A DNA stretch of 63,075 bases, the filler included, from Octopus bimaculoides (Eukaryota): the NCBI RefSeq assembly GCF_001194135.2. It is 8 parts of 8 records of this genome, joined end to end, with 100 filler letters (N's around TTAATTAATTAA, not from the genome) between each part and the next. Parts side by side here need not be neighbours in the genome. Positions count along the whole stretch, not along the records: positions 46,881 to 54,358 come from NC_068991.1; positions 54,459 to 56,264 come from NW_026365038.1; positions 56,365 to 60,959 come from NC_068986.1; positions 61,060 to 63,075 come from NC_068997.1; 4 more parts are not named here. The stretch is one strand, 5' to 3'. Below, in pieces: positions 48,612 to 62,686 of the stretch. The translations under genes were made by a program, and so were the position numbers. Every line of letters begins with the position of its first letter. Positions within the stretch are counted from its first letter, which is position 1. The notes under the pieces were generated by a model. That model was not told where the DNA came from, searched no databases, and was given only the letters and a program-made list of their open reading frames with translations.

Positions 48612-48825
48612 AACAATGGATGTTTCTACCTAGTCGCTCGATCTGCTAGAAATAGAAGCTAAATCACCATTAAATTAACCCCTATTGTCTCAAAACTGAA
48701 TGACACATTGAATGTTACAGTCTCTTCTAATTACAAAAAGGATGGGACTGGGTGGTCATGACTGGAACAACTATGGTTGTACCTCTGCTCCAACTGGGCT
48801 GACTTGGAACGAAATAGCAACAGCA
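48612..48825 (+). mobile_element. Family E dispersed copy. Others at about 32775-32850 (minus), 58340-58410, 58590-58675, 59060-59270 and 59370-59530
   Basis: CTGCTAGAAATAG-AGC-AAATC...GGATGG...GGTCA-GACTGGAAC...CTAAACAACA/(CAA)n-like ends. Confidence 0.65.
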
Positions 48826-49250
48826 CAGATATAAGCATACACTGACTTCTTAAGAAACATATACACACACAACTACCTTCATACATACAAATACACACAC
48901 ATTCACACACACACACACATTCATATAAGAGTGCACACATACAAAGACGCACACAAATATACCGAAACACACACACATTCACACACAAATACACACACAA
49001 TTACAGACACGCGCGCAAATACAGACACACACACATTCATATAAGCGCGTGCACATACTAACACACATATTCATATAGTGCACATACAAACACACAGACA
49101 CGCGCGCGCACACACACAAGTACATACAAATACATACAATACACAGAGACTTACACACGGACTTACACACGCAAATACATACACAATTACATACGCATGC
49201 ACACAAATACACAGGCATGCACACATAACCGAGTTCACATATTCATACAA

Positions 49251-49287
<37 letters not shown>

Positions 49288-49401
49288 TGCACTTCGAGCA
49301 TAAACACGCACAAACACATAGTCCCACAAGGTTATACATACATAGAATCTTACTCCTGTATGCCTAGAATGTTCAATACACAATTTCTCCTTCTTTTCCT
49401 T

Positions 49402-49437
<36 letters not shown>

Positions 49438-49478
49438 CTTGCATTTCGTTCTTTCCTTATCTTCTCACTGTCTCTCTA

Positions 49479-49556
<78 letters not shown>

Positions 49557-49607
49557 ACTTTCTGTCTATCTCGTAGTCTCTTCGTCTCAATATTTTATTC
49601 CCCTTAA

Positions 49608-50011
49608 GGCGGCGAGCTGGTAGAATCGTTAGCACGCCGGGCGAACTGACTAGCGTTATTTCGTCTGCCGCTACGTTCTGAGTTCAAATTCTGCCAAGGT
49701 CGACTTAGCCTTTTATCCTTTTGGCGTCGATTAAATATGTACCAGTTACGCACTGGGGTCGATATAATCGACTTAATCCGTTTGTCTATCCTTGTTTGTC
49801 CCCTCTGTGTGTAGCCCCTTGTGGGCAGTAAAGAAATAAGAATCGTTTGCACGCCGGGCGAACTGCCTAGCGGTATTTCGTCTGCCGCTACGTTCTGAGT
49901 TCAAATTCCGCCGAGGTCGACTTAGCCTTTTATCCTTTTCGGAGTCGATTAAATGAGTACCAGTTACGCACTGGAGTCGATGTAATCGACTTAATCCCTT
50001 TGTCTGTCCTT
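49608..50011 (+). mobile_element. Head-to-tail SINE family B dimer (49608-49840 and 49839-50011)
   Basis: Two copies share diagnostic variants (GCGAACTG, GACTTAGCCTTTTATCC). Confidence 0.92.
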
Positions 50012-50180
50012 ATAAATATTTCATTTCCTTCACATACATACATATACAAAACAAATAAACACACACACACTCACACACACACACAGTCTCTCCTGCACAT
50101 TCTCTCTCCATTTTCGTTACTATCATTCTTCCAATGTTAAAACTTCTTCTTTAACCATCCCTTATATACATATATGCACA

Positions 50181-50238
<58 letters not shown>

Positions 50239-50859
50239 GTCTCTTTCTCTCCCTCCTCTTTCTCTCTGTCTCTTTCTCTCTCTTCTCTCTTTCTCTCTCT
50301 TCTCTCCGTCTTTTTATCTTTCCTCTCTCTTCCTAATTTCTGCACCCTTCTCTCTTACTCTCACTAACTCCATATCTCTCCCCCCCCACACACACACATA
50401 CACACATACACATAGTGGTTCCTCAAGTACACACGTACAAAAGCACACAGACACACCAGTCACAAACACAATCACGCATTTTCCTTTTCTTTTTCTTCGT
50501 CTTCTTCCTCTCCGTTCTTTGTTGTTCTCTTCTTCTTTCTTCCCTTCACTCCCACCTATCTTTCATCCTTATTACAAAATCGCAAACACACATACACACA
50601 CACACACATAAACACAAGCACACACAAGCCACATACATAAAGACATATAAACACACACTGAACACACACTGAACACACACTGAACACACACAAGCACGTA
50701 CTTTCTTAATTTTTACTTCTAACGTTTTCCTTCCTCTTTCGCTATTCCCATTATAAAAAATACACATATGCACGCATACACACTCGCATACATTTACACA
50801 CATATGCGCACATGCACACACACACACATAGACTTTATCCTCTTCCATCCCACGCGCCA

Positions 50860-50906
<47 letters not shown>

Positions 50907-52207
50907 GATTTCTTTCTCGCTCGCTCTTCCTCGCTATCGCTCTCCCCTTCTCCTTCTTCTCCATTACGCTAGCCTTACTCTCCTTCTCATCACAACATTC
51001 CAATTACATTTTATTCAATTCTCCACAAAATCATTTCTCATAAATCCCACGCTTTTTCCTCTCATCCCATATCGCCAACGTCAATCATTTTTTTTTCTTT
51101 GTTATAATGGCGCATTTTCCTCTATTTTTCTTCACTTTTCTCTCACCACCCTCCACACGACATCTCCCCCTCTCTCTTTCTTTCTCTCTCTCTCTCTCTA
51201 TCCTTCTTCTCTTCTCTCTCTCTCTCTCACTCTCTCGCACACACACATACACACACACCTTTTATATTAATACTAAATCCCGTCTCTACGCTCATTCTTT
51301 TTCTCACCGTTTACTCTCCATTTTTCCGTTTTTTTTTGCGAAGGGTCCTTTCTCGATGCTTATAACCCGTCGTCATCCGTCCCCTTATCTGTTCTTTCAT
51401 ATTCTTCATTATCAATCTACCCGTCCATCTGCCCGCCTATCTACCCATCTATTAATTTATTTAAATATCTATATAAGTTTCTTTCTCCTTTTCTTCCTTC
51501 GTGTATATATATATATATATATATATNNNNNNNNNNNNNNNNNNNNNNNNNNNNNNNNNNNNNNNNNNNNNNNNNNNNNNNNNNNNNNNNNNNNNNNNNN
51601 NNNNNNNNNNNNNNNNNNNNNNNNNNNNNNNNNNNNNNNNNNNNNNNNNNNNNNNNNNNNNNNNNNNNNNNNNNNNNNNNNNNNNNNNNNNNNNNNNNNN
51701 NNNNNNNNNNNNNNNNNNNNNNNNNNNNNNNNNNNNNNNNNNNNNNNNNNNNNNNNNNNNNNNNNNNNNNNNNNNNNNNNNNNNNNNNNNNNNNNNNNNN
51801 NNNNNNNNNNNNNNNNNNNNNNNNNNNNNNNNNNNNNNNNNNNNNNNNNNNNNNNNNNNNNNNNNNNNNNNNNNNNNNNNNNNNNNNNNNNNNNNNNNNN
51901 NNNNNNNNNNNNNNNNNNNNNNNNNNNNNNNNNNNNNNNNNNNNNNNNNNNNNNNNNNNNNNNNNNNNNNNNNNNNNNNNNNNNNNNNNNNNNNNNNNNN
52001 NNNNNNNNNNNNNNNNNNNNNNNNNNNNNNNNNNNNNNNNNNNNNNNNNNNNNNNNNNNNNNNNNNNNNNNNNNNNNNNNNNNNNNNNNNNNNNNNNNNN
52101 NNNNNNNNNNNNNNNNNNNNNNNNNNNNNNNNNNNNNNNNNNNNNNNNNNNNNNNNNNNNNNNNNNNNNNNNNNNNNNNNNNNNNNNNNNNNNNNNNNNN
52201 NNNNNNN

Positions 52208-52265
<58 letters not shown>

Positions 52266-52557
52266 GCTCGCTCACGCACATGTTCTTCTCACATAACATT
52301 CATGTTTTGACTGCAACTTTCGAAAACTAAACATACATACATGCATATATACATATATATATGTGTGTATGTGTGTGTGATATATATATATAAACGCAAA
52401 CAAGTGCACACACATATATAGACATGTATATATATACATATGTTACATTATATATGTGTATATGTGTGTATATGTGTGTATATGTATGTATGTATAGTTA
52501 TGTATGCACACGCACAAGAACAAATATGCATAGAGAGAAACATGTATATATGTATGT

Positions 52558-52588
<31 letters not shown>

Positions 52589-52959
52589 CACGCACACATA
52601 TATAAACAGACGTCCATTTTTTGCGTATATATGCACATTGCATAAACGTATTACGCAAGCGTGTGTGTGCATAAGAGCCGGTGTGTCTCCATGTTTCAAT
52701 TATTCCATTCTCCTGCCTGCTGAGCCGTCTAACTCATAACTCAAATCCAAGTGCCATCATATTCATTATTTGCTGCTAAAACAGCTCATCATCATTTATC
52801 AATATGGCCACTTTATTGCCTTACTTAAAGCTTTTTATTACGTACACTGCCATTTCGATGAGCTCATTCCGCCATTTTGACTAGCCGATACCGCCATAAA
52901 AATATTACATGACACTAAAATACAACACTGCATTTTCTTCCCCCACCACTCTTTCCTTT

Positions 52960-53035
<76 letters not shown>

Positions 53036-53148
53036 NNNNNNNNNNNNNNNNNNNNNNNNNNNNNNNNNNNNNNNNNNNNNNNNNNNNNNNNNNNNNNNNN
53101 NNNNNNNNNNNNNNNNNNNNNNNNNNNNNNNNNNNNNNNNNNNNNNNN

Positions 53149-53231
<83 letters not shown>

Positions 53232-53981
53232 CTCTCTGTCCCCTTTTTCTCATTCTCTTTTAACACTATCTGTCTCTACCATTTCTTTCTCCCTCTCACA
53301 CTCACGCTCACTTTCCCTCTCTTCCTTTCTCTCTCCCCTCTCCATCCACCTTTTTATCGCTCTCTGTCTCCCTCTCTTTCCGTCCCCTGCTCTTCTCGCT
53401 CTGTCTCCCTCACACACACACTCTCTTCACCCTCTCTTCACGCATGTCTTTTGCTCATTTTTCTCTTTACTTTCAGCTGCTCTCTCTCCTCTCTCCACTG
53501 TCTCTCTCTCTCTCTTTCTTCCCCCCTTTCATCTCTTTCCCTCCTGGTCTTTTCACTCTCTCTCTCTCTTTCTTTTTCTTTTGTCTTTTTCTCTCCCCCT
53601 CTCCCCGCCTTCCCCCTTTCTTTCTCATTTTCTCTCCCTCTCTCTCTCAATTGCTTTTCTAACTCTCTTTCTCTCTTTCTCTCTCTCTCTTTTCTCCTTT
53701 GTCTGTCTCTTTCTCTTCCATCTCTCTTTTTCCCCTCTCTCTCTTCTCCACTCACTTCCTTCGTCTCTTTTCCCTCCATTCTCTTCCGTCTCACTTCCCC
53801 CCCTCTCTCTCTCTCTATTATGTCTCTCTTTTCTCCTTTCTCCCTCTTTTTCTCTTAGTCTTCTCAATTGCTCTCTCTTCCTCTTCCTTAATACTTGCCT
53901 ATGTATCTTTTTCTCATTTTTCTCTCTTCTCATCTGCTCTTCACCTCATCTTCTCTCTTCTCTCTGACCCTTTCTCTTCCC

Positions 53982-54026
<45 letters not shown>

Positions 54027-55252
54027 CCTATCTTCTTCTTACTCTTCTTGCTCTTTCGCCTTCTATCACTCTTCTTTCATAATGTATGTTTATATCACTT
54101 TACCTCCATTTTCTATCTCTCACTCTCTCCTACACTTCCCCGTCTCCCCCTCTCTCCCGCGCTCTTTCTCTATTTATGTATCTACCGCACCCACCACTAC
54201 ATTTCCAAAAATACAGCCTCAATGGTTATCACCGACGACTTATCCATGCCAGTCGATCTACAGACAGACAATCATATTCGCCACCTCGGCACAGTCGGCC
54301 GTTATTCAAAATATTGCTTAACTGATAACACACGTCTACCTTGTGTGTGTGTGTGTGTNNNNNNNNNNNNNNNNNNNNNNNNNNNNNNNNNNNNNNNNNN
54401 NNTTAATTAATTAANNNNNNNNNNNNNNNNNNNNNNNNNNNNNNNNNNNNNNNNNNNNTGGTGGTGGTGGTGGTGGTGGTAGAAGTTGGTGTTGCTGTTT
54501 CTGTTGGTAGTTGTGATGGTGATGGCGCTTGTGTTTGCAACGATTCTGGCGATGCTTGTGTTGGCGATGGTTTTAGTGGTAGTAGGAATCTATGGTGAGA
54601 GTGCTTGCATAGATGCTCGTGGTAATGTTAGTGATAGTGTTAGCAAGAGTGGTTTCGATGGTATGCGGTGATATTATATGATGCATGGAGTAGCGATGGT
54701 TGTAGTGCAGATGCATGGTTGAACTAGTTTGACATACTGACAGATATAGCTGAAAGGCCTGTAACACTCTTTAAACTTCTAGACTTTTATTTCTTTGAAC
54801 AAATAAAACTTCCTGATAACAAATGTGTAAAATGAATGTGAGTATGTGTTTTTATACTTGTGTGTGAGTGTGTGTTTGTATATGTGTGCGAGTATGTGTT
54901 TGTACATGTGTGTGTATGTGTGTGAACATGTATGAATGGCTGTTACTTGCAGTAAGATGTGGGACTTACAAGAAAGTTAAATCACTATACTGCCAGTGGC
55001 TAATATTAAACACACATGCATTTGAAAGTAAAAGTGCATATATGTTATGTATTGATTTGTATATGTATACGTCTGTATATCTGCATGCGTTTATGTCTAT
55101 GGGGGGTGTATTTGTCTCTGTGTGTGTACGTGTATATGTGTGTATGAATGTTCACATTTAGATTGATAGATATGCATAGAAAGATGTGTACAGATATATG
55201 TTTGCATACAAGCATATATGTTTATATACATATGTCAATAGACACACAGACC

Positions 55253-55311
<59 letters not shown>

Positions 55312-55397
55312 GTATATATGTATGTGTGTGTGTGTACAAGTACAACTGTGTGTGGACATCTACATATATGTGTACACTTTTATTCATAGATATATAC

Positions 55398-55448
<51 letters not shown>

Positions 55449-55478
55449 CATACATACATACATACATACATACATACA

Positions 55479-55510
<32 letters not shown>

Positions 55511-55888
55511 ACATGAGAGATTGTTTATATTTAGTTATGCCATTTTACGTACATTTTATTAACACAAGGTAATTATTAGTTACATAATGCGAATTACATC
55601 GTCTGGACTTATTATCAAGTTGTCAGAGACTTGTACCTTTTAGAGCAACATTTTTGAACCAACGTGGAGATGGCTTGTGACTGTAGTAGAAGGGATACTG
55701 GAAGCTCCTTATATTGATGTCAAATGAAGGATTAACACACAACAGAATAGGGAAGTAAACACTATAGAGCCGTGATTCCCAACGTGGGGCGCATCCCCCA
55801 CCGGTGGGGCATGGTAATATTTTGGTGGAGCATGGTAATATTTTAGTGAGGCGTGCGTGGGGTTATGCTGAATTTTTATACCTTCTGT

Positions 55889-55978
55889 ACACAATGTTGA
55901 TAGCACAATGCTGATAGCACAATGCTGATAGCACAATGCTGATAGCACAATGCTGATAGCACAATGCTGATAGCACAA
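55889..55978 (+). repeat. 14-bp minisatellite (GCACAATGCTGATA), 5 perfect units plus 1 variant
   Basis: Direct inspection. Contiguous with the LINE RT fragment. Confidence 0.95.
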
Positions 55979-56264
55979 GGCTTGAAACTTTTCAGCATTA
56001 ATCTGTATGCTATTCTTCTCAGACCACTTGTATATTTCATCCGACTCACATTGCAGGTGCATAGCGTCTTCAGGGTTCTGCATCACCTGTGAGACTTTTG
56101 TATCATCTTCATAACTTGTGATCGTGGCTCTCTGTGTGGCTGAGGGCATATTTTGGAGGGCCATTATGAACGGTAGTGGTCCCAAAACAGTGCCTTGCGG
56201 AACACCGCTCACTGTTTGCATGTCATTGGAGGTGGCCCCATTGGCTACTACCACCTGACTTCTA
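55979..56264 (-). pseudogene. CR1/L2-group LINE reverse transcriptase fragment
   Basis: SGVPQGTVLGPLPF...YEDDTKV (degenerate YADD)...IYKWSEKNSIQINAEKFQAL. Confidence 0.92.
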
Positions 56265-56782
56265 NNNNNNNNNNNNNNNNNNNNNNNNNNNNNNNNNNNN
56301 NNNNNNNNTTAATTAATTAANNNNNNNNNNNNNNNNNNNNNNNNNNNNNNNNNNNNNNNNNNNNATATGTATATATATATACATACATACATACATACTG
56401 AGTGTGTTTGTATAATCATACGTGTGTAAGTATATAGCATATATTCATGTTTTTATGTTGAAAAGTCGTTCTAGTATATGTCAACCAATGAATACATATT
56501 TATATGAAATGTGCATTGAAATGCATATACTTGTAAGTGCGTCTATATCTGTTCACTTATGATTATACGATAGGCTTTGTTTATATTATACCTTGTTACA
56601 TAAATTTGAATATTAATGCAGATGTACATACATATATATGTAATTTCGTGTATCCATGCGTGTGGAAATACTGCTTGTATATAATCCAAAATATAATCCA
56701 GATCTCAATTTGTTCTTTATGGCTTTTCATGTCTGCATATTTGAATTCGTATGACTGTTTTTTTTTTGACACTGTGTGTGTA

Positions 56783-56814
<32 letters not shown>

Positions 56815-59800
56815 NNNNNNNNNNNNNNNNNNNNNNNNNNNNNNNNNNNNNNNNNNNNNNNNNNNNNNNNNNNNNNNNNNNNNNNNNNNNNNNNNNNNNN
56901 NNNNNNNNNNNNNNNNNNNNNNNNNNNNNNNNNNNNNNNNNNNNNNNNNNNNNNNNNNNNNNNNNNNNNNNNNNNNNNNNNNNNNNNNNNNNNNNNNNNN
57001 GTGCGTTTGACTATTTGTCTATGTATTTGTTTGCCTATATGCGCATGCATGCATTAACGGGCAGGAAGAGATGATCTAATGCCTGGAGTGAATGACAGGC
57101 GGACTATATGAAGCTGAGCAGAGATGCAACAAACATGAAGCTGAAATAACACCTACAACAAACTCAACAGCAACGACGACGACGACGACAACAACAACTG
57201 TGATGGTGATGAAGATGATGGTGATGATGATGATGATGATGACGACGACGAGGACGACGACGACGATAATGAAGATGACGATGATGATAAAGAAAGATCA
57301 ACAAAAATGACGAACTTGAAGCTAAATTTAGCCTCCCGAGAATCAGCAGTCTTGAAGAGTAAACATCAGATTGAAGAGTGATAAGCGAAACGCGAAAAAG
57401 GCAAAGTGAAACAAAACAGCAGAAAGCCACGTCAAAGACAACACCTTAATGAATTATGAACGAGAGTTCAGCTGTTGAATAACATGGCCAAGCAAGAAAA
57501 TATGAAATTTTCTATGTCATATTGTCAAAGAGCACACTGAAGATTTGACATATTCCCGTGTCTCTGGCGGCATCAGACGCTTGGGATTATAAGCCGTGAA
57601 ATGGAGAAATTCAGTCGATAACATCCTCCCATCCTTTTCTCTTCCTTTCTTCAATTCTTTCTCTTTCTCTCCTCACTCTTTCTTTCTTTCTTTCTCCTTC
57701 TTTTTATTTATTTATGCATTTGTTTTTTGTTGATGTTGATTTCACTGACTGCCCCAATGGAATGGTTTTGATGGATTAATATTTTCCATGTTCCCTTTTG
57801 TTTTCGCTTTCTTTCTTTGTGTGTATATATGTGTTTGTGTGTGCATGTCTGTGTGTGCTTGTGCCTGTATGTGTGTGTCTGTGTCTGTATGCGTGCCTTC
57901 TTTCCAATCTTTAAATTCCCTTCCTTTCTTCCTTTCTTTCTTTCTTACAATTGCTAAGATCTTTCGGTCCTTTTTCTTTTCTGTATATCTTATTTTGTTC
58001 CTTTGTCTATTTTTGTTTTATTTATTTATTAAGTTAGTTTTGTCCTGATTTTAATACTCACTTTTTCTTTCGAAATACACCTCAACGTTTATTAACCGTC
58101 ATTAGTATGATCATCAGCGCCAGCATCACCGCCAACATTGCCATCTTCATCAACAACTTTCTACCAACACTATGAATGAAATCAACTTCACCTTATCAAA
58201 TGAACGAGATATTACCAACGTACTCGGTCGATCTTTTATACATTACAGCCGAACATCACTTAAATCACAAACAACTCTCGTTGGAAAATATAAATGACGA
58301 CAATGGATAATATAAATAATATATGTTAACAAGAGAATAAACCTGGTACGGTTTGATTGGACTTTTTGATCAAAAGTCTACTTGATCAGGTCTGACATTG
58401 GTCTAAAAGGCCACACCAAAAATATCATCGGACATAATAACTGTAAGAAAAGCTTGGAAGACATAAGAATACATAAACAGTGCAACAAGAACAACGATTT
58501 AACGAGAGAACCGATTCTTCCTCAAATTATATTCTACGGATTTGAGGAAAGCGAAATACATTGCGGCTTCTAGTTACTGGCTTAAAATATAAACAGAATG
58601 GTCACAACTCGAACACCTTTGACCATAAGTTTGCTCTCACTACGATCACAACTGATATTCCGCTAAACAGCAACAACAATCACATTGATAGCGCCGGTTT
58701 AACTTATGTGGTGTGCCTTGACTCGTGATGGAATTGTAGGAAAGCCGTCGTGTCATATGGCATATCTTAACAACTTTCAACCTTTCGGAGCCTACCCCTA
58801 TACACACTAGAAAAACAAGCAATTTTTGTACCTGAAACACTGAATGCGAGATAGAAGGAAGGAAAGATCGATCCAGTTCAGGGTTGGTACGTTGTTTATT
58901 GACCTTAAAATGCGTAAACGCAAGTTTGGCTTTAGCTGTGTTTGAACTCATAATATAAGGAGCTGGAATGAAAGCCTCAAGGCCCTTTGTCTGACGCTCT
59001 AAAGACCTTGCCAACTTAACACCTAACTTTCAGCATCAACGAACAGTAATCTGAGCCAGCAATGGCGATCCTATGTGGCTGCTCCGCCTACGAGAAACAG
59101 CAGCCAATTTTCCTGAATTCATATTCTATCTTAAATTTAAAAAAAAAAAGCATATCATATAATGTAGATCTAGATTTCACTCAATAGATATGCTGGTCAC
59201 GAATGGAATACTCTCCATTATAGATCTGTTCGGTTGTAGTTGGCATTGGCTAAACAACAGCAACTATAAGTAAAACAAAAACCCCAGCAACATTATCAAC
59301 AACAACAGCTAAAGACTTGCACCCCAGATCACTTGGTGAAGGCAATAAATAACCCTACATGCAAATCTTTTATGTGGTTGCTATTCCTGCTAGAAACTAC
59401 AAATAAATCTTCCTCAAATCGCTCTCGTTTTTCTTAAGAGATAGATCACATTGAATGGTGTCGTCTGGTCCGCTAAACCTAAAAGCAAGACAAGCTCATA
59501 GCGACATTAACACCTTTGGTCATATATCTATTCTATTAAGGTACACATGTGTTTTAGTTAACTGTTTAAAATGTAACGAATACCAAGTCTCCCACAAAAC
59601 AAACGAAATTCTTACCCGTGTTTAATGAGACTAAATAGGGAGTTTAACCATAACATCTATCTTTGTAATGGTTTACAAAAAATTGTTTTAATTTAATTAA
59701 ATCTGGCGTTTTCCCGCCCTATTTTCATTCCTCAATGTTACTTTGAGGATTTTTGAGCTTGCCATGGGAAACACTGGTCTCAGTATTAACACAAATGTTA

Positions 59801-60836
59801 TGATAGTATAAACAACAATATTGGAAGCTTAGGTACACTAAGGTATGTAGCACCATCGCCATCAACATTGTAAGAACTCAAACTTTAACTTCTACAACCA
59901 GCATCAGTTGACATCAATGCAGTTAGCAAAAAGAGTATAGGCTTCACTAGCAACAACAAAAACTCACTATTACATCTACAAGTAGTACAAGCACCACTAT
60001 TACTACTACTACCACTGCCACTAGTACTACAGTTACCATTGATGCTACTACTACTACCACCACTACTACTGCCGCTACTTCTGCTGTTGCTCTTATTGCT
60101 AGATCTAACACGGGTGGTGGTCTTGCTGCTCCTGTTACTGCTAGAGACTTATACAGCAAATAACAACAGCCTTATCACCAACATCTTTACAATCACCAAC
60201 ATTATCACTCCGCTACACCACTATCAACACTGATATGACCACAATGATCATTACTTACAAACACCAACACAACCATAATCTCCACCAACATCAAACCTGT
60301 CGCCACCACAGCACCTCCACAACGCCAACAACACAGCTCTATCACCATCAACGTAACCAACATCACTGCTGTTGCCACAAATATGATTACAGTCTGCAAG
60401 ATCACCACAGTCATCATAACTCTTATCACCACCATGACCACCACGTGTACAACTACAAAAGGAAACACCTACGCCAGAATAATCCGTACAAGTACCACAA
60501 CTCTAAACTCCGGCTACTATTATAAAAACCATACAACTAATTATACCAACTCTACCAACATCAAAATTAGCTTGTCTCCCTCTATTACGCTCAATAACAT
60601 ACATCGGTACGCATTATACCACCAGATTACTACCATCGGCTTTACTATAATCATCACCACTAACACCACCACCACCACCTATACCGCCTTCATCATCATC
60701 ATCATCATCTTCCCCATCAACAACAACAACAACAACACTAACAACAGCAGCAAGGACAATATTTCGAGTGAAACATGCACAATTCCTCAGAGATTTCGCA
60801 ACTGTCATGTTTCTTTCCACTGATTCATGTGATGAG

Positions 60837-60892
<56 letters not shown>

Positions 60893-61096
60893 ATGTGCGT
60901 GTGTGTGTGTGTCTGGGTGTGTATGCAGGTGTGCGAAGGAGAGATGTGTGATGTTAAAGNNNNNNNNNNNNNNNNNNNNNNNNNNNNNNNNNNNNNNNNN
61001 NNNTTAATTAATTAANNNNNNNNNNNNNNNNNNNNNNNNNNNNNNNNNNNNNNNNNNNNATATATATATATATATATATACACATATATACATACA

Positions 61097-61327
61097 GGTG
61101 CATGAGTGGCTATGTGGTAAGTAGCTTGCTTACAAACCACATGGTTCTGGGCTCAGTCCCACTGCGTGGCACTTTGAGTGGATTTGGTAGACGGAAAATG
61201 AAATATGCCCGTCGTATATGAATATATATGCACGTGTGTGAGTGTGTGTGTGTGTGTGTATCCCCTACATTGCTTGACAACGGATGCTGGTGTGTTTATG
61301 TCCCGCAAACTAGCGGTTCGGCAAAAG
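61097..61327 (+). mobile_element. SINE family A, internally deleted and 3'-truncated
   Basis: Head intact, about 45 bp missing between GGCACTTTG and AGTGGATTTGG, second half present after (TG)n. Confidence 0.85.
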
Positions 61328-61625
61328 TATTCGATGGAATATGTATGTATGTTTGTATAAATGAATACAAGCAATAATATAATGAAATATATCAACATGT
61401 ACGTAGTCCATAGGCTTATACATGTGTCTGTATTATGTTCGTATATGTATCAATACTTACACAATATGGTATGGCTGTGAAACATACTACTCCATTATCT
61501 AAACGTGTATATATACATATATATTTCATCGTTGCAATGACTTCTTTTGCTTTATGCCGGTTTGTGAGTACTTACCTAAAAATATTTTGACTCATATACA
61601 TACATACATATAGATACATACCAAC

Positions 61626-61664
<39 letters not shown>

Positions 61665-61847
61665 NNNNNNNNNNNNNNNNNNNNNNNNNNNNNNNNNNNN
61701 NNNNNNNNNNNNNNNNNNNNNNNNNNNNNNNNNNNNNNNNNNNNNNNNNNNNNNNNNNNNNNNNNNNNNNNNNNNNNNNNNNNNNNNNNNNNNNNNNNNN
61801 NNNNNNNNNNNNNNNNNNNNNNNNNNNNNNNNNNNNNNNNNNNNNNN

Positions 61848-62040
61848 TATATATATGGGAGAATATACAAATAATAACAACAGACGAGGACAGGTGGTGT
61901 AAATAACAAAAGTATATATTAGTATGACGCTCGGGAATACGGAAAGTCTTTGACGTTTCGAGCTACGCTCTTCAACAGAAAGAATACGGAGACAAGGAGA
62001 AAAACACGGAGAAAAAAAATTGAATAGTGATATTGATATG
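61848..62040 (-). mobile_element. Short non-coding hammerhead-bearing element abutting (TA)n (solo PLE terminus or retrozyme-like)
   Basis: Contains the motif at 61947-61983. The 3' end ...ATTCTCCC runs into ATATATA and a gap flanked by (TA)n. Confidence 0.6.
61947..61983 (-). ncRNA. Minimal type I hammerhead-like motif (CUGUUGA variant core)
   Basis: UCUUU-CUGUUGA-A-GAGC(GUA)GCUC-GAAAC-GUC-AAAGA. Perfect 5-bp stem I, 4-bp stem II, loopless palindromic stem III ACGU, GUC triplet. Confidence 0.75.
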
Positions 62041-62454
62041 TATGATGTATAATATAGGTGAGTGTGTTGAAATGTAAAGCATGTTCTCTACATTCTTATA
62101 AATGTATATAAATATATTTAATAATACTTATTATATATATATATATATATAATTTATCATATATATAAATTTCTATGTGTATTATATAATATTTGTAAAT
62201 TATATAATTGCATTATAATTATCATTAGCAAACTCACATATCGTACACTCGAGTACGCACAACAGTTTATTATCAAAGGATAAGGAATAACCATACAAAA
62301 TATTTTAGGTACATATGTACATTATACGATTACCATATATATATATATATGTGTGTGTGTGTGTATGTGTGTGAGAGTATGTATGTATGTATATATGTGT
62401 ATATATATATATCTATACATATATATGTATATATATGTGTATTACGTATGTATA

Positions 62455-62519
<65 letters not shown>

Positions 62520-62644
62520 NNNNNNNNNNNNNNNNNNNNNNNNNNNNNNNNNNNNNNNNNNNNNNNNNNNNNNNNNNNNNNNNNNNNNNNNNNNNNNNNN
62601 NNNNNNNNNNNNNNNNNNNNNNNNNNNNNNNNNNNNNNNNNNNN

Positions 62645-62686
<42 letters not shown>

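Noticed and set aside
58518-58549. 10-bp stem hairpin TTCCTCAAAT/ATTTGAGGAA
   Set aside because: Too short for a pre-miRNA and does not extend.
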